DNA of 64,000 nt from a virus, in IMG/VR virus record IMGVR_UViG_3300046804_002503, positions 1-64,000 of that record. The stretch is one strand, 5' to 3'. Numbering within the stretch: position 1 is the stretch's first letter; every line of letters starts with the position of its first letter. This document shows positions 57,044-64,000 of this stretch, piece after piece. The translations under genes and the position numbers were made by a program. A model generated the notes under the pieces. It was not told the DNA's origin, made no database searches, and was given only the letters and a program-made list of their open reading frames with translations.

Positions 57044-58933
57044 TTACCCTTCTGGAGGTGTTGGAGGAGCAGCTGCTGGTTCTGCTGCTGAGGGGGTAGT
57101 TGCTCCTCCTCCAGGTGCTGGTGGTGGTAAAGTTTCTCCGCCAGGTGCGGCTCCACCTCCGCCACCGCCTCCAAATTCTGGAATAGCTGATGGACTTGTG
57201 CCACCACCACCTCCAAATCCAGGACCTTCACCACCACCAGCAGATGCCGCATCAGCAGCCTCTTGAGCGGCTTCTAATTGTTCTCTCCAATTTGGACCTC
57301 CATTGGCTATTTGAGCTAATTCCCATTTAAATGCAGCCTCTTTGCGCATCCATTCCATATTTTCACTAATTCTTTGATCATTGTATCCAAGATAATGGCG
57401 CTGAGCAAAAATATTTGATATACTTTCATTATTACACATGTCACCGAAATTCTTGTGTTTGAGTTCAAGTATTTGTTGTTGACGAATTGCAAAATAATTA
57501 GAGGGTGGATTAAATTCTAATTGTACAAATGATTCATGTAATTTGTATTCTTCCCACCAACCTCTCAATTTTAAATGAGTTATAAAGGATTGTTTAAGGC
57601 CCTCAGCAAATTGATTCTGCAATCTCATTATAAACTTTGCAAATTTTAATTCTTCTCTTAAAATCTCTGCACCATCTTTGAAAGATTCATTAGGATTTAA
57701 TCTAGAGATTGGTACTTTTAAACTCTTGTAAAGTTTAGCTACAAAATAATTTAAGTCGTCTAATTTACCTAAGTTTTCACCGCCCTGTAGCACAGAAACG
57801 TCAGATCCTACTTCTCCATTTCTGCGTGAAAACCAATAACTATCCAACATGGACTGAGGGTTATAAACGTTTCCTACAGGAGAATTACTAGAATCACCTG
57901 TATAAACTTGTTTAGCATTATATTGATGCATCAACTGGCGTAGATAAGATTCAGCCTTAGCTGGCGGCATGTTACCTACGTCAATAACAAATTTTAAACG
58001 TTCGGGAGCTCTGACTAGGCGATATATAATAATTGCATCTTCACATAAAGAAAGCAATTTATAAGCTCTGCGACAATTTTCTAAGAAAGGTATTCTTATA
58101 GAATAATCTTCATTCCATAAACCTGAATTAACATAGGTGACCTGATTACCTTGAAAGGTAATAATTTGCTGTTGCAGGGCATTGACTGGACTAATGTTTG
58201 ATTGTTGCTGAGACAATGGATTAGCCTTATTGTCATTTAAATTAATAGGTTTTTGAAAGGTAAAGTTTTCAATAACACTATTTTGTACGTTATCATAAAC
58301 CGGACTTATAAGCTCAGACGGTATATTTAAACAACCTATAACTCCAAAATCTGGGCGATCTTTGTATGTAATGTTTTCAAAAAACACTTCACCTTCAATT
58401 AACAATTGACGGCAATAAGCCCATCCTTTGTGTTCTAAATCAAAAATATTAATGAATTTTTCAAATTCCTTTTGCAGTTCTGTTTTTTCTTCTGGACCAA
58501 GTTCTGCAAAAGAAGAATATTTTAAATGTATAACTTTATTGTTTTCGTCTTTTACAATGAATTCATCACAAATTTCATCAATACAATCAGAAACCTCTGC
58601 AAAAGAAGCCATTCTCCTATATTCTGCCAATCTTCTTGTTTTATCTGTATCTAGGTTGGCATATACATAATTGTGATATGGACTGTGAGAGGTTATGGAC
58701 CCTTTGCTGTTTGCATCCATATCGGCCTTTGTCATAGAAGGGCCTGTAATGATGGATTGTTTTAAAAGTTTTAATTGAGTCTTCTTTGCCAGCCTGTCAA
58801 ATAATTCATATTTTGGATTATTTGTGTCCATTTCAATCGGAGCTGTCACATAAGGCAGTCTCTGCAGAATGCTAGACACAAAGTTACGATTAGTACTTTG
58901 TTGACGATTTGAACTTGCTAAAATATCTGCCAT
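57044..58933 (-). CDS. gp20: Portal protein, T4 gp20-like
   Basis: EYRRMA...EVSDCIDEI, EDAIIIYRLVRAPER..F.IDVGNMP..KAE.Y, SMLDSYWF.RR, LYKSLKVP.SR, ILREELKF.KF. Confidence 0.97.
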   Translation of the reverse strand: MADILASSNRQQSTNRNFVSSILQRLPYVTAPIEMDTNNPKYELFDRLAKKTQLKLLKQSIITGPSMTKADMDANSKGSITSHSPYHNYVYANLDTDKTRRLAEYRRMASFAEVSDCIDEICDEFIVKDENNKVIHLKYSSFAELGPEEKTELQKEFEKFINIFDLEHKGWAYCRQLLIEGEVFFENITYKDRPDFGVIGCLNIPSELISPVYDNVQNSVIENFTFQKPINLNDNKANPLSQQQSNISPVNALQQQIITFQGNQVTYVNSGLWNEDYSIRIPFLENCRRAYKLLSLCEDAIIIYRLVRAPERLKFVIDVGNMPPAKAESYLRQLMHQYNAKQVYTGDSSNSPVGNVYNPQSMLDSYWFSRRNGEVGSDVSVLQGGENLGKLDDLNYFVAKLYKSLKVPISRLNPNESFKDGAEILREELKFAKFIMRLQNQFAEGLKQSFITHLKLRGWWEEYKLHESFVQLEFNPPSNYFAIRQQQILELKHKNFGDMCNNESISNIFAQRHYLGYNDQRISENMEWMRKEAAFKWELAQIANGGPNWREQLEAAQEAADAASAGGGEGPGFGGGGGTSPSAIPEFGGGGGGGAAPGGETLPPPAPGGGATTPSAAEPAAAPPTPPEG

Positions 58934-58947
58934 AAATTGTTTAAATT

Positions 58948-60099
58948 TTAATAAAGGTTAAATTTTATTCCACTGATTCCTGATAGGATAGTACTTACTC
59001 CAGATTTCACAAAATGACCTTCTGTAATTTTACCGTAACCAGCCTCATTCTGAACTATAACATCTAGATAACCAGTTTCAGTAGGTACTTGGGGTAATGA
59101 AAAATCTATAAGTGATTCACCATTATAATTAAATGAATCTATTTTTATGCCATAAAAAGGCGGATAAACCGCAGACAACTTAGCAACTGCTGAAAATGGA
59201 GCAACTAAATGAACCCCAGACAACATTGTAGGGCTAGACGCACTTAAATAAACATTTTCTGGTTTAATAAAATATTTTCCTAGTAAATTAATATCTAGAC
59301 CCTGTTCAATTGGGTTGGTAGATATAAAATTAAAATATCTCGGAAAGGCATTAAGAACATACGGCCGACCAGAAACCGTAACTGTTTCTGAATTTAATTT
59401 TTCTAAGATTGTAGGTTTAAATGAACCTTGTCTGGTACTAAAAAATTCTTCATTAATAACATATATTTTTTTAATAATTTCATCTGTACTTTTAAAGAGC
59501 CAACCTTTAATTGTAAATTGAGTATCTGCAGATACTCTATAAGCTGCATTACCGGCTAATTCTGATGGATATGTTATATTTGCTGTACCGTTCCATAAAA
59601 TTTCTGTTCTTAATTCTTGATAATTGTTAGTGGGGTCTTTAACTGGAAATTTCCAAGAAATAATAATATAAGGATTACAATATGGAATAAAATTAGATAA
59701 AATTTGGTCTAAATGTTCTTGATACCTAGCCATGATAGATAGGTTAACTGTAATATTAATGGGTTGAGGTTGTGGAATTTTTTTGGAAACTACACTTGGG
59801 TCTAACGGGTCTGAGTAAGGAATGTAAAATCCATCATTTTTATTAACAACTCTGTTGTTGTCTCTAGTTAAACCCCCTAAAGTAACTGCAACTACTGGCA
59901 AAGTAATACCACCTGGACCAGGTGTTGTGAGTTGTTGAACTACTCTTTGTTTAGGTGCGTATACAAACCTAACATTGGCCTCTGAATCTGGTATTAAATT
60001 TAAATCTTTGTCATAACCCTTGACCACAATATCATTGAGAGCCTCAATAAATTGCTCTATTAAAGTCATTACCTCAAAATGATATGTGTATTTTTTCAT
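58948..60099 (-). CDS. gp15: Tail terminator/sheath stabiliser, T4 gp15-like, with C-terminal Ig-like extension
   Basis: F...LNDI, V...YAPKQR, LP.VAV, QP.PINI..NLSI, DQIL..F.PY..P, F..KGWLF; about 140 extra C-terminal residues. Confidence 0.8.
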   Translation of the reverse strand: MKKYTYHFEVMTLIEQFIEALNDIVVKGYDKDLNLIPDSEANVRFVYAPKQRVVQQLTTPGPGGITLPVVAVTLGGLTRDNNRVVNKNDGFYIPYSDPLDPSVVSKKIPQPQPINITVNLSIMARYQEHLDQILSNFIPYCNPYIIISWKFPVKDPTNNYQELRTEILWNGTANITYPSELAGNAAYRVSADTQFTIKGWLFKSTDEIIKKIYVINEEFFSTRQGSFKPTILEKLNSETVTVSGRPYVLNAFPRYFNFISTNPIEQGLDINLLGKYFIKPENVYLSASSPTMLSGVHLVAPFSAVAKLSAVYPPFYGIKIDSFNYNGESLIDFSLPQVPTETGYLDVIVQNEAGYGKITEGHFVKSGVSTILSGISGIKFNLY

Positions 60100-60105
60100 A
60101 TAGAT

Positions 60106-60113
60106 TATTTATA
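60106..60113 (-). promoter_or_regulatory. T4-type late promoter TATAAATA
   Basis: Exact consensus 6 nt upstream of the gp15 ATG (60099). Confidence 0.7.
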
Positions 60114-60114
60114 G

Positions 60115-61776
60115 CTACATAAATCTATCTAAAAAATATTTAGGTAGGTTGTTTTTATTGTTAACAATTGCTTTGACTATAGTGCCATCCAAAATATAAG
60201 TGACTGAATAGTCTTTTTTAGATCGTGTGCATCTACCACACATTTGTATCAAAGTATCTAGCATCTTCATGCTGTAATAATTTGGATTTTTGTCAAAGAT
60301 TTTTTTAATTCTTTTAGAACCCAATGGCAAAAATGGTGCTTTGACTATAATTTGAAATCTACCTAAATCATCATCTAAGCTAACTCCTGTATCTAACGAA
60401 GGACTAACTAAAACTGTGTCATCTTTGGTACGGGATTTGTGTTCTAATACAATGTCTTCATTAGAAATACCTACTTCTCTAAACAAAAATCTACTATTTC
60501 TACCTAAAACCTTTTTAATATTTTCTGTAATTGAGTTAGTATGAGTGTGAATTAATCCTTTTTCACCTTTATGTTTATCACATATCTCTTTTATAATATT
60601 AATAATCTTAGGAAGACTTGATTCTAGGTTTTTATGAGACAGACTATACATTGTTGAACAATATATAGGCGACTTTTGAGGGTCAAATGTTGATTTAACA
60701 TCTATAAACGTATATTCTTTATCTTTAATACCTAAACTTTTAGCATATTGTTCTGGGTTACTAATTGTAGCTGACATCAGCAATATTCTTTTACTCCTTT
60801 CAAAGAGTTGCTTTGCTAAAGGTTTAATGTCATATGGTACTAAGGTTACTTCTTTGGCTGTGCGGTTCTCTACTAGATACTGACAATCTCTCCAGTTTAA
60901 TACTACATCCATCATTGAGTTGTACAAGTTGTTCAACTTTCCGAGTCTCTGCATTTGCTTAAAAAGAATGCCGTTTGATTTGTAATTTTTACCTACCATT
61001 AAAGACACTTTATGTTTAAGCTCTGCTACTCTTTCTTTAATGTGTAAAAATAATTCACTTAACCAAAGACCTGCTTCTATTGACGAATCTGAAGTTAATT
61101 TGGTGAATGGTATTTCTTCTGATGCAAGCTGAGAATAGTTAATAACTATGCTGTATTGTCCTACAAGCTCACTTTCCAATTTGTCAGCTTCATCAAAAAT
61201 GAGATATTGTCTTTTCTGAAGAAAATTAGGAAGATTAAAAAATGCTTTATAATTTAAGACTGGATCTTTGGATGTTAATGCATCTTTGCGAGATTTAAAA
61301 TACGGACATCTATTAGCATCAAAGCATTCTTGTTTTAAACCAGGTGTAAATAAACAAGGTGCAAAATCTACTGTAACGTTTTTATCTATGTCACAATTGT
61401 AATTGTTTTTGCCTTTAGCTGCTATTTGTTCTGGAAACAATTCTATATATTGATTTTGCAAAGACCTTGTAACTGTAAGGATAGCTGCACCGAAGGGAGA
61501 TGCTGCTTCAAATTTTGAAGAATGCATCCAATTTCCAGAATTGTCTTTTTTAAATGCCTCGTACGTATTTAACAAAGTTGAAAGCTCTGAATTAATACTG
61601 TCTGAAGACCTAGCAATAGAAGTTGCTATGTGAGACTTGCCAGATCCTGTAGGTAATCTAAGGATTACATATTTTTTTCCTAAATTAAAGTAATGTTCTG
61701 CTTTTTGTAAAGCCTCAATTTGTTGAGGCCAGGGGTTGTTGCCCGGGAAGTTGCTTAGGAATGTGTTTGTCTTCAA
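60115..61776 (-). CDS. DinG/XPD-like SF2 helicase with Fe-S cluster
   Basis: Q motif (PQQ), LPTGSGKS, four Cys (NC...APC...EC...RCPY), DEAD, MSAT, QMCGRCTR. Confidence 0.88.
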   Translation of the reverse strand: MKTNTFLSNFPGNNPWPQQIEALQKAEHYFNLGKKYVILRLPTGSGKSHIATSIARSSDSINSELSTLLNTYEAFKKDNSGNWMHSSKFEAASPFGAAILTVTRSLQNQYIELFPEQIAAKGKNNYNCDIDKNVTVDFAPCLFTPGLKQECFDANRCPYFKSRKDALTSKDPVLNYKAFFNLPNFLQKRQYLIFDEADKLESELVGQYSIVINYSQLASEEIPFTKLTSDSSIEAGLWLSELFLHIKERVAELKHKVSLMVGKNYKSNGILFKQMQRLGKLNNLYNSMMDVVLNWRDCQYLVENRTAKEVTLVPYDIKPLAKQLFERSKRILLMSATISNPEQYAKSLGIKDKEYTFIDVKSTFDPQKSPIYCSTMYSLSHKNLESSLPKIINIIKEICDKHKGEKGLIHTHTNSITENIKKVLGRNSRFLFREVGISNEDIVLEHKSRTKDDTVLVSPSLDTGVSLDDDLGRFQIIVKAPFLPLGSKRIKKIFDKNPNYYSMKMLDTLIQMCGRCTRSKKDYSVTYILDGTIVKAIVNNKNNLPKYFLDRFM

Positions 61777-62005
61777 TTTCTTTGAGAAGTTCTAGGTTAA
61801 GTTCTTTTTGTACACAGGTACAGGTAAGGTAGAATAGAGTATTAGTATCTCTGCCTGTAAAGCCTCTTGCACTACATTTCTTGCAATTATTTTTGGGTTG
61901 TTTTTTAAGGGGTAATTGTCCAAGCCCCATTAATTTAACATCAGATTCTGGTAAATGGTAAAATATACCCGAAAACGCACTAAAAAATAAAATAGTTTTA
62001 CTCAT
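61715..62005 (-). CDS. Small Zn-finger protein
   Basis: CKKC..RG...CTC. Confidence 0.6.
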   Translation of the reverse strand: MSKTILFFSAFSGIFYHLPESDVKLMGLGQLPLKKQPKNNCKKCSARGFTGRDTNTLFYLTCTCVQKELNLELLKEIEDKHIPKQLPGQQPLASTN

Positions 62006-62354
62006 GGCAATTAATAGTTAATATACTATCCCAAAATTTGTTATTAGCTACCTTGGTTGCGTAAACTTTTAAATAATGTTCTATTTCCGGTGCCAATTTT
62101 GCTAAGGTTTTAATCCTATAATCAAAATAAACTAATCCTTCATCTGGATAAAATTCAATATCATAAGGAATAGGTATTTCTATTTTATCTTTGTCTCTTT
62201 TAGATGAATTAATAATAAATGAAATATAAAAATTCTTTTGATAAAAAAGAATAAGTCTACCTTGTTTATAGGTTTTGTTGTTAAATTCCAACGTTACATT
62301 TTTTTGAAGCAAAAATTTACATGCTTCTTCTAAGGTAGATCCATTAATATTCAT
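61998..62354 (-). CDS. Hypothetical protein
   Basis: 118-aa ORF overlapping both neighbours in an operon-like way. Confidence 0.6.
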   Translation of the reverse strand: MNINGSTLEEACKFLLQKNVTLEFNNKTYKQGRLILFYQKNFYISFIINSSKRDKDKIEIPIPYDIEFYPDEGLVYFDYRIKTLAKLAPEIEHYLKVYATKVANNKFWDSILTINCHE

Positions 62355-62731
62355 TTATCCATAAATTGAGCTTTTTCTTGTGCTGACATTTTAATTAAAA
62401 TTTCAGAAAAATATTTCCAAAATTCTTCTGGTGTACTGGCTAAAACCTGAACCACACTAGCATTGCCCGCTGGTACGGCCCTCCAGTCTTGCATGAAAAT
62501 ATCATACACAGCTAAAAGATTATAAGATTCAAAATTGTAAGCAGGTGAGTTAGTGGGTAATCTAAAATTTAAAAATTTTAATCCCATTGGAGAATTTAAA
62601 ATTTCTAAATTTAAAGAACACAGCATACGTCTAGTAGTAGGTCTGTTTGCTCGTTGCATACGTCGAGTAAATCTTAACTCTACTACATTTTTAGACAATA
62701 GTTGTTTTAACCCATTAACTGATAAGCTCAC
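62351..62731 (-). CDS. WYL-like/Sm-like SH3 beta-barrel protein (DUF2693-type)
   Basis: LKQLL..NVVELRF.R....RRMLCSLN...AVYD....DWRAV. Confidence 0.6.
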   Translation of the reverse strand: MSLSVNGLKQLLSKNVVELRFTRRMQRANRPTTRRMLCSLNLEILNSPMGLKFLNFRLPTNSPAYNFESYNLLAVYDIFMQDWRAVPAGNASVVQVLASTPEEFWKYFSEILIKMSAQEKAQFMDK

Positions 62732-63117
62732 TTGGTTGTTTTAGGAGAACAAACTCCAAAAATTCTATCTTCATTTAAGAAGACAATGTTTTTAAGACCA
62801 TTTAAATTAGATACTTGTAATCCTCTATCATTGGGAAATACAATAAAATCTCCTTGTTTTACAGTCTTACAGTCAGGTCCACTTAAAACTACTCTACCAA
62901 TTCTCCAAGTATGTTGTACAGCTCCCAATGGCACCCAAATACTACCTCTTTTTACTTCTGTACCTTCTTCGTTAATATCTACGTACTGGACCATTAAGAT
63001 ATTGTCTAGGACTTTTTCTAATTGCCAATCTTCTAATTCAAAGGCATTTCCTTGATAATGTTCTACTTGGATTTTTCCACCAATTCTGTCTTCTAAATTT
63101 GTAGGCCTATCTATCAT
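62728..63117 (-). CDS. groES: GroES-like co-chaperonin (functional analogue of T4 gp31)
   Basis: VLDNILMV, RGSIWVP, GRVVLSGPDCKTVKQGDFIVF, FLNEDRIFGV. Confidence 0.85.
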   Translation of the reverse strand: MIDRPTNLEDRIGGKIQVEHYQGNAFELEDWQLEKVLDNILMVQYVDINEEGTEVKRGSIWVPLGAVQHTWRIGRVVLSGPDCKTVKQGDFIVFPNDRGLQVSNLNGLKNIVFLNEDRIFGVCSPKTTK

Positions 63118-63123
63118 ACTATG

Positions 63124-63513
63124 TTATTTAATTTTAATGTTGAAATCTTCAAGGAGTTGATTATAAACCAATAATTCTTTTTGTGAAATCTCCATACTAG
63201 ATGCGTAATTTGTTAATTCTTCTTGTTCTAAATTTTCTTTGCTTTGTTTTTTGATGTAAGAAAATTTTTTATTTACTTTGGGCAATATTGTTCTGTAAAA
63301 ATATCCAACACATTCTGGATATTTGTTTAAACAAGTGTGCTTGAGCCATCTGTTTACAGTGACATTAATAATTTGAGCATAACTATCATCTAACATAGAA
63401 AGCCACCTATTCACAATAAAGCTAGATGGCACATTAGATGATGGTTGAATATTATTTTTTTTAATTAACCAATTAAGGTATGGAAACAAATCGTCTTTAG
63501 GTTTTTTAGTCAT
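63124..63513 (-). CDS. gp62: Clamp loader small subunit, T4 gp62-like
   Basis: LF.YLN.LIKK, FIVNRWLSM, FYRTILPK..KKFSYIKK, Y..S..ISQKE; start MTKK at 63513 (TAATG overlap). Confidence 0.65.
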   Translation of the reverse strand: MTKKPKDDLFPYLNWLIKKNNIQPSSNVPSSFIVNRWLSMLDDSYAQIINVTVNRWLKHTCLNKYPECVGYFYRTILPKVNKKFSYIKKQSKENLEQEELTNYASSMEISQKELLVYNQLLEDFNIKIK

Positions 63514-64000
63514 TAAATTACTTTTGTGGTAGCTATGAAACAATCTTTTAAAATGTTTTCAAAGATAGCTTTAACGTCTTCTGCGAATGATTTTGTATCT
63601 GCTTCTGATAAAAATAAAGAAAATGCAAAGGAAGGTGCTTTAGGACCTGCTGAAATATTAATTCCTAAATGACCCAAAGCTACATTTTCTGAGACTTTGG
63701 TAATACTAACACTAGCTTTACCAAAGGTTTCCATACCACTCTTTTTTAACATTAAATCATCACCTCTTACCTCTACATCATAAAGGCCGTATGTCTTTTT
63801 TCGTAGCAAATTTGCTATTTCCTGAACAAAAAGTCTTTGAAAAAATACTGCTCCGATTGGGTTCATGTTAGGAATTTCCCAACAAAAATTTAATGCATCA
63901 TCTGAATAGATAAAATCATTATTAATTTTATCTTCTAGATCTATCAGATTGTCTGTCACATTCATTACACCTCTAGTAATATATAAAAATCCTAAAGGAG
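63513..64000 (-). CDS. DUF366-like protein (BPL/LPL-like fold), 5'-truncated by the window edge
   Basis: IDLED, FIYSDD, FQRL, RGDDL, KASVSI, HLGINI; the frame stays open upstream of 63965 (PLGFLYITRGVM) to the window end. Confidence 0.65.
   Translation of the reverse strand, partial: PLGFLYITRGVMNVTDNLIDLEDKINNDFIYSDDALNFCWEIPNMNPIGAVFFQRLFVQEIANLLRKKTYGLYDVEVRGDDLMLKKSGMETFGKASVSITKVSENVALGHLGINISAGPKAPSFAFSLFLSEADTKSFAEDVKAIFENILKDCFIATTKVI

Noticed and set aside
57031-57252. 73-aa ORF overlapping the portal 3' end, considered as a frameshift product
   Set aside because: It is an alternate-frame reading of the Gly/Pro low-complexity tail, and I saw no slippery site.
5896-63055. Short opposite-strand or alternate-frame ORFs in the track (e.g. 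5896, 6701, 7825, 11258, 16100, 18609-27101, 27720, 43907, 48546, 52093, 58428, 62732)
   Set aside because: They lie within or across well-supported genes, have no motifs, and look like shadow ORFs.
1-64000. Stop-codon reassignment
   Set aside because: Core genes translate full length in the standard code, and TAA, TAG and TGA all end genes at plausible boundaries.

Overview
AT-rich, gene-dense 64 kb segment of a large T4-like (myovirus-type) tailed phage genome, almost all coded on the minus strand in the standard genetic code. The right part holds head/neck genes: portal gp20, protease gp21, scaffold gp22, major capsid gp23, gp13, gp15, gp4, a probable gp16 and a GroES. These are interleaved with DNA-metabolism genes: clamp loader gp44 and gp62, dUTPase, a DinG-like helicase, a DenV-like glycosylase, a P-loop kinase and a DUF366-like protein. 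The middle holds baseplate genes (gp25, gp6, gp7-like) and very large fibre/adhesin genes, including a 3433-aa nested-mosaic fibre. Inside the tail/baseplate block (about 6.8-17.3 kb) is a 12-gene tailoring-enzyme island: three glycosyltransferases, a PIG-L deacetylase, an AsnB-like amidotransferase, two radical SAM/SPASM proteins, three cupin/hydroxylase-like proteins, a protein with the secondary-structure pattern of an ABBA (PT-barrel) prenyltransferase, and one unknown. No precursor peptide gene is visible, several island genes carry late-promoter-like TAAATA boxes, and the flanking virion proteins are rich in a [LIV]-[S/C]-[AGS] tripeptide and in Cys. My best candidate for an undescribed system is a phage-encoded pathway that post-translationally decorates its own virion proteins. 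All assignments come from reading motifs by eye; no searches were run. No tRNA, rRNA, CRISPR array, integrase or reverse transcriptase was seen.
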